Under the pieces are notes generated by a model. That model ran no database searches and was not told where the DNA came from. It saw only the letters and a list, made by a program, of their open reading frames with translations. 32,000 bases of DNA from Crocosphaera subtropica ATCC 51142 (lineage in GTDB: Bacteria > Cyanobacteriota > Cyanobacteriia > Cyanobacteriales > Microcystaceae), in assembly GCF_000017845.1 (NCBI RefSeq), contig NC_010546.1:1950001-1982000 (forward strand), in the 5' to 3' direction. This document shows, one piece after another, positions 15,197-26,390 of the stretch (positions are counted from its first letter, which is position 1; each line of letters begins with the position of its first letter). A program made the position numbers and the translations under genes.

Positions 15197-15883
15197 ATGT
15201 CAAAACCTTTGCATAGTTCACACTTTGGAGATAATCACAAGAATGATTTTGAAATTTGTCAAAATGCAGAAAACTCAGTTATGAATGGAGGGATGCAGTC
15301 TGCTATTAATCACGGAAATGGCTCGATCAATCAAAATCAAATTATTAATTATCAAAATCATAATTCTATTAAATTAGAAAAAGATACGATAAAAAGTTTT
15401 TCTCGAAGTGAAATACATAAGCAAGCTAGTCTAAATTTTTTATTGTATTTTATCTGTGCTATTTGTGTTTTCTTATTTTTTAAAATTTTACCCTTGTTAT
15501 TCGATATTAATAAAATTTACTTTTTTGTTTTGTTTTTGTGCTTTTTTATTTCTTTTAGTATAGTTAAATTCTATCGTTATCCGTATATTTTGATGTTTTT
15601 ACTTCGTAAAATCAATTGTGAACATTATTTAGGACAAGGAATATTTTTATATAAGTCTTCCAATGGCAATTGTATTATATACTGTAAGTCTGCACAATGT
15701 AATTATTCTAGTTGTGAGCAAGGAATTGTTTATTTACAAGATCCGCCCCCTAGAGAAAAAGAAAATCATACATATATCGGGAAATGCAATAAAGGAGGAA
15801 AAGCCCATGTATATAAGGTTTCTGATAATTTCATTGGTATTCCTCATACTCAAGGATTTGATTGGCGTAAACTTAATGAATAA
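15197..15883 (+). CDS. Orphan membrane protein with N/Q/H-rich N-terminus, two TM helices and a C-terminal Cys cluster
   Basis: 228-aa ATG ORF with a GGAGAAGG RBS upstream. N-terminal GGMQSAI (15287-15307). TM helices at about residues 78-103 and 107-126. C159-x3-C-x4-C-x4-C173 (15671-15715), plus C141 and C197. Confidence 0.55.
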   Translation: MSKPLHSSHFGDNHKNDFEICQNAENSVMNGGMQSAINHGNGSINQNQIINYQNHNSIKLEKDTIKSFSRSEIHKQASLNFLLYFICAICVFLFFKILPLLFDINKIYFFVLFLCFFISFSIVKFYRYPYILMFLLRKINCEHYLGQGIFLYKSSNGNCIIYCKSAQCNYSSCEQGIVYLQDPPPREKENHTYIGKCNKGGKAHVYKVSDNFIGIPHTQGFDWRKLNE

Positions 15884-15922
15884 TTTTTGTCTTCAAAAAA
15901 TTTGCTAAATAGTCTAACTTCT

Positions 15923-15950
15923 AAAATAAAAAAGGTGGGCAATGCCCACC
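15923..15950 (-). terminator. Rho-independent terminator of clpB (hairpin also faces the convergent + strand gene)
   Basis: ggtgggc (15934-15940) aat gcccacc (15944-15950). On the minus strand it is followed by ttttttatttt (complement of 15923-15933). Lies 8 nt after the clpB stop. Confidence 0.8.
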
Positions 15951-15957
15951 CGACAAA

Positions 15958-18576
15958 TTAAACTGTTACCATCTCAGATGGTAGACGTTTAAAGGTTAAT
16001 CTTTCATCTTCAACATCAGCAAAGATAGTGTCACCTGGTTTGAATTCTCCCCTTAAAATTGACTTAGCGATAGGGGTTTCTAAGTACCGTTGAACCGCCC
16101 GTTTTAAAGGTCTTGCACCATATACCGGATCATAACCGATATCAGCAACAAAATCTAAGGCCACATCAGCTAATTTCAGGGACATTTTTTGGTCTTCTAA
16201 ACGACTTCTGAGGAGTTGAATTTGTAGCTTAACAATTTCTCGCAGTTGTTCTTTTTCTAAGCTATGGAAGATGATAATTTCGTCGATACGATTGAGAAAT
16301 TCAGGACGGAAATTATTACGCATTGCGTCCATGACACGGGAACGCATTTCGTCATAATGACTATCGTCTCCAGCCACATCTAAAATGTATTGAGAACCGA
16401 TATTACTGGTCATGATAATGATAGTATTTTTGAAATCTACTACCCGACCTTGAGAGTCTGTTAAGCGTCCATCGTCGAGAATTTGTAACATGATGTTGAA
16501 GACATCACCGTGGGCTTTTTCTATCTCGTCAAAGAGAATGACTGAGTAGGGACGACGACGAATGGCTTCCGTTAATTGTCCTCCTTCATCGTAGCCTACA
16601 TACCCTGGAGGCGCACCAATTAAACGGGATACGCTATGCTTCTCCATATACTCGGACATATCGATACGAACGATCGCTTCTTCGGTATCAAAAAGATTCT
16701 TCGCTAAGGCTTTGGCTAATTCTGTTTTACCGACACCCGTGGGTCCCAAGAAAATGAAACTAGCGGTAGGACGATTGGGATCAGAAAGTCCGGCACGAGA
16801 ACGCTGTATAGCTTCTGAAACGGCGGTAACAGCCTCTTCTTGTCCAATCACTCTCTCGTGTAATTCGTCCTCTAAATGTAATAGTTTTTCCTTCTCAGAT
16901 TCCACTAATTTACTGATAGGTATTCCTGTCCATTTAGAGATAATCTCAGCAATATCTGACTCGATAACTTCCTCCCTTAATAAAGTTTTACCTGTGGTTT
17001 GTCGTTCTTCAATTTTGCTTTCTAACTCTTTAACTTGTCGCTGTAAATCTGTTAGTTTGCCATAGCGTAATTCAGCAGCTTTATTAAGGTCATAATCTCG
17101 TTCAGCTTGTTGAATTTCTAAGTTGACTTGATCAATCGTTTCTTTGAGTTCACGAATCTGATCAATGACTTCTTTTTCTGCTTGCCATTGGGCATTGAGT
17201 TGAGATTGTTCTTCTTTGAGATCAGCTAATTCTTTTTCTAGTTTTTCTAGGCGTTCACGGGAAACTTGATCCTCTTCTTTTTGTAAGGATAAGCGTTCCA
17301 TTTCTAACTGCAGAATCTTACGATCAACTTCGTCTAATTCTTCGGGTTTAGAGGTGATTTCCATCTTTAATTTAGCGGCTGATTCGTCTACCAAATCAAT
17401 GGCCTTATCCGGTAAGAAGCGATCGCTAATATAACGGTTAGATAACATGGCTGCTGCAACGAGTGCAGTGTCAGCAATTTTAACCCCATGATGGACTTCA
17501 TAACGCTCTTTGAGTCCCCGTAAAATGGAAATCGTATCCACTACATTCGGTTCATTGACTAATACCTCTTGAAAACGTCTTTCGAGGGCTGCATCCTTCT
17601 CAATATATTTACGATATTCATCAAGGGTTGTTGCCCCAATACAGCGCAATTCTCCCCGTGCTAACATAGGTTTTAATAGGTTCCCTGCATCCATAGCCCC
17701 TTGAGTGGCACCGGCACCCACAACGGTATGAATTTCATCAATAAAGAGGATAATATTGCCTTGAGAATCAGTGACTTCTTTTAAAACAGCTTTCAATCTT
17801 TCTTCAAATTCTCCGCGATATTTTGCCCCAGCAATAAGTGAACCCATATCCAAAGCAATTAACTTTCTATCCCGCAAAGATTCAGGGACATCTCTGTTAA
17901 TAATTCGTTGTGCCAAACCTTCAACAATTGCCGTTTTACCCACGCCAGGTTCCCCAATTAAAACGGGATTATTTTTGGTTCTACGGGACAATATTTGAAT
18001 GGTTCGGCGAATTTCATCATCCCTACCAATCACCGGATCAAGTTTACCTTCTCTGGCTAATTGAGTTAAATCTCGTCCATATTTTTCTAAGGCTTCGTAT
18101 TTATTTTCAGGATTTTGATCGGTCACTTTTTGATTTCCTCTCACTTGTTTAATAATCTCTTTTAAGTTGTTTTCACTTAGACCAAATTCCTTGAACAAAT
18201 TTTTACCAAAACGATCATCTTTACTGTAGGCTAAGAGTAAATGTTCAATGGAAATATAGTCATCTTCAAATTCTTTGCGAAACGTCTCACTTCTGTCAAG
18301 TAAACTGTCTAAACTACGACCTAAATAGACGGACTCTCCAGGGTTCGAGACTTTCGGTTGACGACGAATAAATTCTTCAGTTCGATCGCGTAATTTTGGA
18401 ACACTAATATTAGCTTTATTGAAGATGCTTGTAGCGAGTCCCTCTTGTTCAGTCAGAGACTTCATTAAGTGTTCACTTTCAATTTGTTGCTGACTATTTT
18501 GTTTAGCAATATCTGGGGTTCGCACGATCGCTTCCCAGGCTTTTTCTGTAAATTGATTAGGATTAGTTGGTTGCAT
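15958..18576 (-). CDS. clpB: ATP-dependent chaperone ClpB
   Basis: 872 aa. Two AAA+ modules (Walker A GEPGVGKT and GPTGVGKT; Walker B ILFIDEIH and [11 protein letters not shown]). Long middle coiled coil, Clp N-domain, GAR sensor motif. Confidence 0.97.
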   Translation of the reverse strand: MQPTNPNQFTEKAWEAIVRTPDIAKQNSQQQIESEHLMKSLTEQEGLATSIFNKANISVPKLRDRTEEFIRRQPKVSNPGESVYLGRSLDSLLDRSETFRKEFEDDYISIEHLLLAYSKDDRFGKNLFKEFGLSENNLKEIIKQVRGNQKVTDQNPENKYEALEKYGRDLTQLAREGKLDPVIGRDDEIRRTIQILSRRTKNNPVLIGEPGVGKTAIVEGLAQRIINRDVPESLRDRKLIALDMGSLIAGAKYRGEFEERLKAVLKEVTDSQGNIILFIDEIHTVVGAGATQGAMDAGNLLKPMLARGELRCIGATTLDEYRKYIEKDAALERRFQEVLVNEPNVVDTISILRGLKERYEVHHGVKIADTALVAAAMLSNRYISDRFLPDKAIDLVDESAAKLKMEITSKPEELDEVDRKILQLEMERLSLQKEEDQVSRERLEKLEKELADLKEEQSQLNAQWQAEKEVIDQIRELKETIDQVNLEIQQAERDYDLNKAAELRYGKLTDLQRQVKELESKIEERQTTGKTLLREEVIESDIAEIISKWTGIPISKLVESEKEKLLHLEDELHERVIGQEEAVTAVSEAIQRSRAGLSDPNRPTASFIFLGPTGVGKTELAKALAKNLFDTEEAIVRIDMSEYMEKHSVSRLIGAPPGYVGYDEGGQLTEAIRRRPYSVILFDEIEKAHGDVFNIMLQILDDGRLTDSQGRVVDFKNTIIIMTSNIGSQYILDVAGDDSHYDEMRSRVMDAMRNNFRPEFLNRIDEIIIFHSLEKEQLREIVKLQIQLLRSRLEDQKMSLKLADVALDFVADIGYDPVYGARPLKRAVQRYLETPIAKSILRGEFKPGDTIFADVEDERLTFKRLPSEMVTV

Positions 18577-18761
18577 TGTTAGAATTATCTATAATTAGTT
18601 ACACTGTTATTGTAATCTGGCTTACTCTATTAATAACGGCGGTTTACCCTACTTTTCTAGGTTGGGTTTACATCAAATAATAATTAATAATTAACCATTA
18701 CAAAATTCTGTTTTTTTCCTGAATACTTCTTTAATTAAAATATTGATTGATTGCGAAAATT

Positions 18762-18792
18762 TGACAAAATGTTGGAAAATTGTGTTATAATG
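18762..18792 (+). promoter_or_regulatory. Candidate sigma70-type promoter for the RRM protein gene
   Basis: TTGACA (18762-18767), 19-nt spacer, TGtTATAAT extended -10 (TATAAT 18787-18792). This would give a ~115-nt 5' UTR. The spacer is longer than optimal. Confidence 0.35.
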
Positions 18793-18916
18793 ATATATGA
18801 GCAACGCACATTGAGAGAAAAATAACTTAGTTAGAATTAACCGTTTTATTGTTTAGTATCGGTAATATTTTCTCCGAAGATCACGCTCGAAACGTCGAAA
18901 TCAAGATAGATCGTTC

Positions 18917-19162
18917 ATGTCAATTTATGTCGGAAACCTCCCTTACGAGGTAACAGAAGCAGACCTAAACTTTGTTTTTTCGGATTATGGTTCAGTCAAA
19001 AGAGTCCATGTCCCCACAGATAGAGATACGGGTCGTCCTAGAGGGTTTGCCTTTGTAGAATTAGAACAAAAAGCAAACGAAACGAATGCCATTGAAACCC
19101 TAGATGGGGCAGAATGGATGGGACGTACTATGAAAGTTGATGAAGCCCGTCCTCGCAGATAG
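18917..19162 (+). CDS. RRM-type RNA-binding protein (cyanobacterial Rbp family, short form)
   Basis: 81 aa. RNP2 IYVGNL and RNP1 RGFAFVEL motifs. Confidence 0.95.
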   Translation: MSIYVGNLPYEVTEADLNFVFSDYGSVKRVHVPTDRDTGRPRGFAFVELEQKANETNAIETLDGAEWMGRTMKVDEARPRR

Positions 19163-19184
19163 TATTGCTAACTTTATCGTATTG

Positions 19185-19228
19185 AAGAGATTCACCTATT
19201 ATTTAGATGAATCTCTTTTTTATTATTT
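19185..19228 (+). terminator. Rho-independent terminator after the rbp gene
   Basis: 10-bp perfect stem aagagattca (19185-19194) / tgaatctctt (19208-19217), 13-nt loop, then ttttattattt. Confidence 0.65.
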
Positions 19229-19838
19229 AAGATTCCGGACAAGGTTCACCAAAACGACTAACTTCTTCATTTTTAAGAGATTGAGATTGAGACTCAACCC
19301 AGTGGTGATAATCTTGGGCTAATTGGTTAAGCAGACGTTGTTTAATGCGATTGAGAACCCCTCTCAAAAGACCATTACCCGTCATTTTTAATAAGGAATC
19401 AGGAGTCAATCTTAAGGCAGGGGGTAAATCCACTTCAACGGTTAAATTGGCTTGTCCTTGTAAATAGGTTTTTCCCTCTTTTTCTTGAGGGCATAATTTC
19501 CCTTTGAGGGTTAAAGAAAAGCGATCATTAATATAATCAATTCCCCGAATTTCACAATCTTGAGATCGTAAAAAAACCGTTCCTTGACTATTAGACCAAA
19601 CACCCAAAATAACCGTCGGCTGAAAATGATACATCTCCATAAAATTTAAAGGGCGCATCTTCAGACGAAAGTCATTATCCGAGAGTTGTTCCATTAACTT
19701 AGGATCAGCGATCGCCTTAACTAATCGTTGGGGTTGTCTAAGATAATGGTGAATGGGAATGGGGGTTTGTTTAACTGGTAAAGAAAGGGATTCAGAGGCT
19801 TTGAACTGAATCGGATGGGAAAAGTTTTGATTAGGCAT
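19227..19838 (-). CDS. Conserved cyanobacterial protein, DUF1997-like
   Basis: 203-aa ATG ORF of host-like composition with a HIP1 site (19708-19715). Family assignment is from memory of similar sequences only. Confidence 0.7.
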   Translation of the reverse strand: MPNQNFSHPIQFKASESLSLPVKQTPIPIHHYLRQPQRLVKAIADPKLMEQLSDNDFRLKMRPLNFMEMYHFQPTVILGVWSNSQGTVFLRSQDCEIRGIDYINDRFSLTLKGKLCPQEKEGKTYLQGQANLTVEVDLPPALRLTPDSLLKMTGNGLLRGVLNRIKQRLLNQLAQDYHHWVESQSQSLKNEEVSRFGEPCPES

Positions 19839-20041
19839 TGAAAATGTTATAAGTTCTATCCTCGTGTGATAAGAAATACACTACAGGAAAATTGCTAAAA
19901 TCTATAATTTTGATTAAGAACCTATTGTAACACCCCTAGACTTAAGGGATCTAGGGGTTTATGATGAGATAAATTCCTTCTCATTGGGAAAAGCCGGCTT
20001 CTTGGTAAGCCATAAAAAATTGTTGTTGGGAGAAAACTTTA

Positions 20042-20551
20042 ATGCGAGATGCCGTTACCACGTTAATTAGAAACTATGATCTTACCGGCCGTTATTTAGA
20101 TCGGGATGCCATGGCCAACCTCAAATCCTATTTTGAGTCAGGAACCGATCGCATCAGTGTGGCTGCCTTAATTAACGCCAATTCCCCTGTGATCGTTAAA
20201 GAAGCAGGGCTTCAACTCTTTGAAGAAGTCCCAGAATTGATTCGTCCAGGGGGTAACGCTTACACTACCCGTCGTTATTCAGCTTGTTTACGGGACATGG
20301 ATTATTATCTCCGTTATGCTAGTTATGCTTTAGTCGCCGGAGATCCCACCGTTCTCGATGAACGAGTTTTACAAGGGTTACGCGAAACCTATAACTCTTT
20401 AGGGGTTCCCATTGCCCCCACGGTTAGAGGTATCCAAATAATGAAAGAAAAGATCAAAGCCATGGCCGCCGATGCAGGGGTAGAAGACACATCGTTTGTG
20501 GACGAACCCTTTGATCACATGAGTCGTGAGTTTAGTGAAATCTCTGTTTAA
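20042..20551 (+). CDS. apcF: Allophycocyanin beta-18 subunit ApcF
   Basis: 169 aa. MRDAVTTLIRNYDLTGRYLDRDAM... N-terminus and the phycobiliprotein core YTTRRYSACLRDMDYYLRYASYALVAGD (chromophore Cys in SACLRD). Confidence 0.93.
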   Translation: MRDAVTTLIRNYDLTGRYLDRDAMANLKSYFESGTDRISVAALINANSPVIVKEAGLQLFEEVPELIRPGGNAYTTRRYSACLRDMDYYLRYASYALVAGDPTVLDERVLQGLRETYNSLGVPIAPTVRGIQIMKEKIKAMAADAGVEDTSFVDEPFDHMSREFSEISV

Positions 20552-20572
20552 TGACTTTATCTAAAAAATAGA

Positions 20573-20610
20573 AGCGATCGCTTTTCTCAGAGGCGATCGC
20601 TTTTTTATTT
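20573..20610 (+). terminator. Terminator hairpin built from two HIP1 palindromes
   Basis: agcgatcgc (20573-20581) / gcgatcgct (20593-20601), 11-nt loop, then tttttattt. Confidence 0.65.
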
Positions 20611-20680
20611 GTCTTGCGTCAACATCTGGTAGTTCACAGAAGTACCATATAAACTAAAATAAAGACTAAAACGATATCTT

Positions 20681-23482
20681 ATGCTTAAAGCTCTATTTGG
20701 TGATCCTAATACCCGCAAAATCAAAAAATTACAGCCTATCGTTGCCGAAATCAATTTGCTCGAAGAAGATATTCAACACCTATCCGATGAACAACTCAAG
20801 GAAAAAACGGTTGAATTTCGAGAAATGCTTGATAAAGCTAACAACGATGAAGAATTAGAGGATATTTTAGAGGAAATTCTCCCAGATGCTTTTGCCGTTG
20901 TCCGAGAAGCTGCCAAGCGTGTCTTAGGAATGCGTCACTTTGACGTACAGTTAATGGGGGGAATGGTACTCCATCAAGGACAAATTGCTGAGATGAAAAC
21001 AGGGGAAGGAAAAACTCTTGTAGCGACCCTTCCCGCTTATCTCAACGGACTCACAAGCCGAGGGGTACATATTGTCACCGTCAACGACTATTTAGCCCGT
21101 CGGGACGCAGAATGGATGGGACAAGTCCATCGTTTTCTGGGGTTAACCGTCGGACTCATTCAGTCAGGAATGAACCCAGAAGAACGGAAGAAAAACTATG
21201 CTTGTGACGTTACGTATACCACCAACAGTGAACTGGGATTCGATTATTTACGGGATAATATGGCCACGGCTATGGCCGAAGTGGTACAGCGTCCCCCTAA
21301 CTATTGCATCATTGACGAAGTGGACTCCATTCTCATCGATGAAGCCCGTACTCCTTTAATTATTTCTGGTCAAGTAGAAAGACCTACTGAAAAATATATT
21401 AAAGCAGCCGAAATTGCCAAACAACTAGAAAAACAAGAATCAGAAGAAGATCCCAAAGACTACGAAGTAGACGAAAAAGCCCGTAACGTTTTAATGACCG
21501 ATCAAGGGTTTGAAAAAGCAGAACAATTACTAGGGGTGGGTGACTTATACGATCAAGAAAATCCCTGGGCCCATTACATCTTCAATGCTATCAAAGCTAA
21601 AGAATTATTCACCAAAGATGTTAATTACATTGTTAAGAATAAAGAAGTGGTCATCGTCGATGAATTTACTGGTCGGGTGTTAGCCGGAAGACGTTGGAGT
21701 GATGGACTGCATCAGGCGATCGAAGCCAAAGAAGGGGTTCCTATTCAACGAGAAACCCAAACCCTTGCCACCATTACCTATCAAAATTTTTTCTTGTTGT
21801 ATAACAAACTTTCAGGAATGACCGGAACGGCTAAAACCGAAGAAACGGAACTAGAAAAGGTCTATAATCTGCAAGTTACCATTGTTCCGACGAACCGACC
21901 CTCTCAACGCTATGACTTTCCTGACGTAGTTTATAAGACCGAACCTGCTAAATGGAAAGCCGTAGCAGCAGAAGTTGAAGAAATGCACAAAATGGGTCGT
22001 CCTATTCTTGTCGGAACCACCAGTGTGGAAAAGTCCGAAGTCATCTCCGCCTTACTACAACAAAGCAATATTCCTCATAATATCCTTAACGCCCGACCCG
22101 AAAACGTAGAAAGGGAATCAGAGATTGTTGCCCAAGCCGGACGAAAAGGGGCTGTTACCATCGCCACCAATATGGCAGGACGAGGAACCGATATTATCTT
22201 AGGGGGTAACTCTGACTATATGGCCCGTTTGAAAATTCGGGAATATCTCATGCCTCAAATTGTGATGCCAGAAGATGATAACCTTATGGCCGGAGGGATG
22301 GGAAGTAATAATCGTCGCCCTCAAGGGTTTGGTCAAGACAGCAAAAAGAAAAAATGGCAACCCTCTGCTGATATTTTCCCCACAGACCTCTCTCCAGAAA
22401 CCCAAAATATGCTGAAAGAAGCGGTAAAATTTGCCGTGGATCAGTATGGACAACAAAGTTTATCGGAACTAGAAGCTGAAGAGAAAATCGCCATTGCCTC
22501 GGAAAATGCCCCCACAGATGACCCTGTGATCGAAAAATTGCGGGAAGTCTATAAGCTTATTCGTAAGCAATATGACGCATTTACGGACAAAGAACACGAT
22601 GAAGTGGTAGACAAAGGAGGACTTCATGTGATTGCCACAGAACGTCACGAGTCCCGACGTATTGATAACCAGTTACGAGGACGGGCCGGACGACAAGGGG
22701 ACCCCGGATCAACTAAATTTTTCCTCAGTTTAGAAGATAACTTATTGAGAATTTTTGGCGGCGATCGCGTGGCCGGCTTGATGAATGCCTTCCGGGTTGA
22801 AGAAGATATGCCCATCGAGTCCAAAATGTTGACTCGTTCCTTAGAAGGGGCCCAAAAGAAAGTAGAAACTTTCTACTATGACACCCGTAAACAGGTGTTT
22901 GAATACGATGAGGTGATGAATAACCAAAGACGGGCCATTTATGCTGAACGTCGTCGGGTACTCGAAGGGTTAGACCTTAAAGAACAAGTGCTACAATACG
23001 CGGAGAAGACCATGGATGAAATTGTCGACGCTTACGTTAACCCTGAGTTACCCCCCGAAGAATGGGATGTAGAAAACTTAGTCAGCAAGGTTAAAGAGTT
23101 TGTTTATCTCCTCGAAGATATCACCGCCAAAGATATGGAAGATATGACCGTAGCAGAGATGAAAATCTTCCTACACGAAGAAGTGAGAAAAGCCTACGAT
23201 ATCAAAGAAGACCAAGTGGATAAGGTTCGTCCTGGTTTGATGAGAGAAGCAGAACGATTCTTTATTTTGCAACAAATAGACACCCTCTGGCGTGAACACC
23301 TACAGTCAATGGATGCTTTACGGGAGTCCATCGGGTTACGGGGTTATGGACAAAAAGACCCCCTCATTGAATATAAACAAGAAGGATACGAAATGTTTTT
23401 AGAGATGATGATCGATATTCGTCGTAATGTGGTCTATTCACTCTTCCAGTTCCAACCCCAAGGACAACCACAAGCAGTTTAG
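20681..23482 (+). CDS. secA: Preprotein translocase ATPase SecA
   Basis: 933 aa. Walker [45 protein letters not shown], and [10 protein letters not shown] motifs. Confidence 0.98.
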   Translation: MLKALFGDPNTRKIKKLQPIVAEINLLEEDIQHLSDEQLKEKTVEFREMLDKANNDEELEDILEEILPDAFAVVREAAKRVLGMRHFDVQLMGGMVLHQGQIAEMKTGEGKTLVATLPAYLNGLTSRGVHIVTVNDYLARRDAEWMGQVHRFLGLTVGLIQSGMNPEERKKNYACDVTYTTNSELGFDYLRDNMATAMAEVVQRPPNYCIIDEVDSILIDEARTPLIISGQVERPTEKYIKAAEIAKQLEKQESEEDPKDYEVDEKARNVLMTDQGFEKAEQLLGVGDLYDQENPWAHYIFNAIKAKELFTKDVNYIVKNKEVVIVDEFTGRVLAGRRWSDGLHQAIEAKEGVPIQRETQTLATITYQNFFLLYNKLSGMTGTAKTEETELEKVYNLQVTIVPTNRPSQRYDFPDVVYKTEPAKWKAVAAEVEEMHKMGRPILVGTTSVEKSEVISALLQQSNIPHNILNARPENVERESEIVAQAGRKGAVTIATNMAGRGTDIILGGNSDYMARLKIREYLMPQIVMPEDDNLMAGGMGSNNRRPQGFGQDSKKKKWQPSADIFPTDLSPETQNMLKEAVKFAVDQYGQQSLSELEAEEKIAIASENAPTDDPVIEKLREVYKLIRKQYDAFTDKEHDEVVDKGGLHVIATERHESRRIDNQLRGRAGRQGDPGSTKFFLSLEDNLLRIFGGDRVAGLMNAFRVEEDMPIESKMLTRSLEGAQKKVETFYYDTRKQVFEYDEVMNNQRRAIYAERRRVLEGLDLKEQVLQYAEKTMDEIVDAYVNPELPPEEWDVENLVSKVKEFVYLLEDITAKDMEDMTVAEMKIFLHEEVRKAYDIKEDQVDKVRPGLMREAERFFILQQIDTLWREHLQSMDALRESIGLRGYGQKDPLIEYKQEGYEMFLEMMIDIRRNVVYSLFQFQPQGQPQAV

Positions 23483-23577
23483 TTAGGAGATGGGGTAAGG
23501 AGAGTTATCTGATAATTTTCCTACTCCTTCTCTCTCTATGCTATAACCTTAAATCGATAATTGATAACCGAATGAAA

Positions 23578-23663
23578 CGGAGAGGGTGGGATTCGAACCC
23601 ACGTTGGCTATTAACCAAACCCGATTTCAAGTCGGGCGCGTTCGACCACTCTGCCACCTCTCC
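23578..23663 (-). tRNA. tRNA-Ser (anticodon UGA), class II with long variable arm
   Basis: Reverse complement: GGAGAGGTGGCAGAGTGGTCGAACGCGCCCGACTTGAAATCGGGTTTGGTTAATAGCCAACGTGGGTTCGAATCCCACCCTCTCCG. Acceptor GGAGAGG/CCTCTCC, anticodon loop CTTGAAA, T-arm GTGGG TTCGAAT CCCAC. Confidence 0.95.
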
Positions 23664-23966
23664 TCAGTTTATTAACCATTCTAACAGAACTTGGCAAAAA
23701 TTTTCCTATTTTTTAGTTTCTTCTCCAAATTCCCTAAACAAAAGTTAAATCAAGGATTTTTTACGATATTTAGTATTATTTACTATTACTTAAAATGTCT
23801 TAATATAGCGGTCTTAAGATTATTTTTATTGGAATTAGAGATATAATTGAGTTAATAATTAAAGAATGATACACAACAAAAATAGCTAAAATTAAACCTT
23901 AGCAAATACCTTACTCAGTTCCATCAGACTTTAAGGATAATGTTGATTGAAAATCCCTTACTATAA

Positions 23967-25574
23967 ATGACAGCACAAATAACAAAGCCAAAAAAATTTG
24001 CTTTAACCACACCCTTATATTATGTGAATGGGGTTCCCCATATTGGTAGTGCCTACACCACAATTATCGCCGATGTCATTGCCCGTTATAAACGGTTGAT
24101 AGGAGAGGACGTTCTCTTCATTACCGGAACCGATGAACATGGGCAGAAAATACAACGAACCGCCGAAGAAAAAGGACTTTTGCCCCAAGACCATTGCGAT
24201 CAAATTGTGGCCAGTTTTGAAGCATTATGGCAGAAACTAGATATTCAATATGATCGCTTTAGTCGTACCACCGCCCCCCGTCATCAAGCCATCGTCAAGG
24301 AATTTTTTGAGCGAGTGTGGGATAACGGAGATATCTATCTTGCACAACAACAAGGGTGGTATTGTGTGCAATGTGAAGAATTTAAAGAAAAACGGGAATT
24401 ATTAGAAGATGGTTGTTGTCCCCTACATCCTAACAAAAAAGCAGAATGGCGAGACGAAGAAAATTATTTCTTTAAATTGTCCAAATACCAAAGCAAATTA
24501 GAAGAACTCTACAAAAATAACCCTCAATTTATCGAACCAGAAAGCCGTCGCAACGAAATTCTTAACTTTATTAATCAAGGCTTACAAGACTTTTCCATAT
24601 CCCGCGTCAACCTAGCGTGGGGCTTTCCCATCCCCACAGACCCCGATCATACCATCTATGTGTGGTTTGATGCCCTGTTAGGCTATGTTACAGCCCTACT
24701 CGACCCAGAGGAGGAACCAACCCTAAACAATGCCTTATCTGATTGGTGGCCAATTAATTTACATTTAATCGGTAAAGATATTTTGCGCTTTCATGCCATC
24801 TATTGGCCAGCTATGTTAATGTCAGCAAAATTGCCGTTGCCCCAGAAAATTTTTGGTCATGGTTTTTTAACAAAAGATGGACAGAAAATGGGTAAAAGCC
24901 TAGGAAACACCTTAGATCCCTTTGAATTAGTGGATAAATATGGTGCGGACGCAGTGCGCTACTATTTCTTAAAAGAGATAGAATGTGGAAAAGATGGTGA
25001 CTTTAACGAAACTCGTTTTGTTAATATTCTCAACGCCGATCTCGCTAACGATTTAGGGAATTTGCTCAACCGAACCTTAGGAATGACTCAAAAATATTGT
25101 CAAGGGTCATTACCTAAGATGACAGCAACAGAATTACCCCAAGAACATTCCCTCAAAACCATAGGCTTGACCTTAGGGGAGAAAGTAATCAACGCCTATG
25201 AAACGCTCAAATTCAATGAGGGATGTGAGGAGATTTTGACCTTAATTCAAGCAGGGAATAAATTCATCGATGAACAAGCCCCCTGGCGTTTGTTTAAAGA
25301 AGGAAAACAGGCCGAAGTAGAAAAGATTTTGTATGGAGTGTTAGAATCAGTGCGTCTGGCTGCTTATTTATTAGCTCCTATTATTCCTAATTTGAGTAGC
25401 AAAATCTACCAACAACTGGGGTTTTCCGTGGACTTTAATCAAAGCGATCGCTTGAATGAAGTTATTCCTTTTGCTCACCATAGTCAATGGGGGAAACTAG
25501 CGGTTAATCAAGGGTTAGCTAAACCTCAACCCATCTTTGCTAAACTGGATCTTCCCTCAGAAGATAACCCTTAA
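23967..25574 (+). CDS. metG: Methionine--tRNA ligase
   Basis: 535 aa. HIGH-type motif PHIGSAYT, KMSKS-type motif KMGKSLGN, Cys-knuckle CVQCEEF...CCPLH. Confidence 0.96.
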   Translation: MTAQITKPKKFALTTPLYYVNGVPHIGSAYTTIIADVIARYKRLIGEDVLFITGTDEHGQKIQRTAEEKGLLPQDHCDQIVASFEALWQKLDIQYDRFSRTTAPRHQAIVKEFFERVWDNGDIYLAQQQGWYCVQCEEFKEKRELLEDGCCPLHPNKKAEWRDEENYFFKLSKYQSKLEELYKNNPQFIEPESRRNEILNFINQGLQDFSISRVNLAWGFPIPTDPDHTIYVWFDALLGYVTALLDPEEEPTLNNALSDWWPINLHLIGKDILRFHAIYWPAMLMSAKLPLPQKIFGHGFLTKDGQKMGKSLGNTLDPFELVDKYGADAVRYYFLKEIECGKDGDFNETRFVNILNADLANDLGNLLNRTLGMTQKYCQGSLPKMTATELPQEHSLKTIGLTLGEKVINAYETLKFNEGCEEILTLIQAGNKFIDEQAPWRLFKEGKQAEVEKILYGVLESVRLAAYLLAPIIPNLSSKIYQQLGFSVDFNQSDRLNEVIPFAHHSQWGKLAVNQGLAKPQPIFAKLDLPSEDNP

Positions 25575-25631
25575 CAACTGAAAAAATTAACATTTTTTCT
25601 ATTTTTGTATTGAAAACAACCACTATTTACG

Positions 25632-26309
25632 ATGAAATACAAACCCGAACTCACAAATAACTTTCATACTCCCTCCTTTTTCGACGAGCAAAGAGGCTTA
25701 TCAGCAATGTATGATGACTTTGAAGATGATTCGATTTTTTCTCCAGAACAAGTCTTAGAAAATCGCGGTAGAGTTGCCATTTTTATTGATGGATCGAATC
25801 TTTTTTACGCTGCATTACAATTAGGCATTGAAATTGATTATACAAAGCTACTTTATCGTTTAACCGAAGGATCTCGTCTCCTCAGAGCGTTTTTCTACAC
25901 AGGAGTAGATCGCACCAACGAAAAACAACAGGGGTTCTTGTTGTGGATGAGACGCAATGGTTATCGGGTCATTGCTAAAGACTTAGTACAATTGCCTGAT
26001 GGCTCCAAAAAAGCTAATTTAGACGTAGAAATCGCTGTGGACTTGATGGCTTTAGTGGGTTCCTATGACACCGCTATCATTGTCAGTGGGGATGGAGACT
26101 TAGCCTATGCGGCCGACTCCGTGAGTTATCGCGGGGCCCGCATCGAAGTGGTCAGCTTACGATCAATGACCAGCGATAGTTTAATTAATGTGGCAGATCG
26201 TTACATTGACCTCGATCAAATCAAAGAGGATATTCAAAAAACCCGCAAGCCCAACTTATCTTATAACGGTTACTCTAGCGTTGGAATGGTCGAACAGAAT
26301 AACCCTTAA
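25632..26309 (+). CDS. NYN-domain (LabA/DUF88 family) protein
   Basis: 225 aa. VAIFIDGSNLFY...DVEIAVDLM...IIVSGDGDLAYAA acidic-residue pattern of NYN/PIN-like RNases. Confidence 0.85.
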   Translation: MKYKPELTNNFHTPSFFDEQRGLSAMYDDFEDDSIFSPEQVLENRGRVAIFIDGSNLFYAALQLGIEIDYTKLLYRLTEGSRLLRAFFYTGVDRTNEKQQGFLLWMRRNGYRVIAKDLVQLPDGSKKANLDVEIAVDLMALVGSYDTAIIVSGDGDLAYAADSVSYRGARIEVVSLRSMTSDSLINVADRYIDLDQIKEDIQKTRKPNLSYNGYSSVGMVEQNNP

Positions 26310-26390
26310 GTTCGGACAGAGAGAAAGGGTAGGAACACTCAAAAGGTAATGGATTGACCCTTCCTTGATGCTTCCTACACCCTAATTATT

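Noticed and set aside
14971-15908. Track ORFs 14971..15153 (-) and 15663..15908 (+, alternative frame)
   Set aside because: They overlap the two cassette ORFs, which have ATG starts and an RBS. These are shorter, off-frame or antisense, and of low complexity.
16712-18152. Track ORFs 16712..17065, 17771..17998 and 17910..18152 on the + strand
   Set aside because: They lie entirely antisense to, and inside, the strongly supported clpB CDS. Composition is S/P/L/C-rich and typical of antisense reading of a conserved gene, with no motifs.
19137-19322. Track ORF 19137..19322 (+)
   Set aside because: It starts inside the rbp 3' end, reads through the rbp terminator hairpin, and runs antisense into the DUF1997-like gene.
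22199-24203. Track ORFs 22199..22456 (-) inside secA and 24015..24203 (-) inside metG
   Set aside because: Both are embedded antisense in unambiguous housekeeping CDSs and have no recognisable features.
26310-26390. Terminator between the convergent NYN and nnr genes
   Set aside because: Only short, interrupted complementarity (gtaggaa/ttcctac with a ~40-nt loop) and no T-tract. Not convincing.
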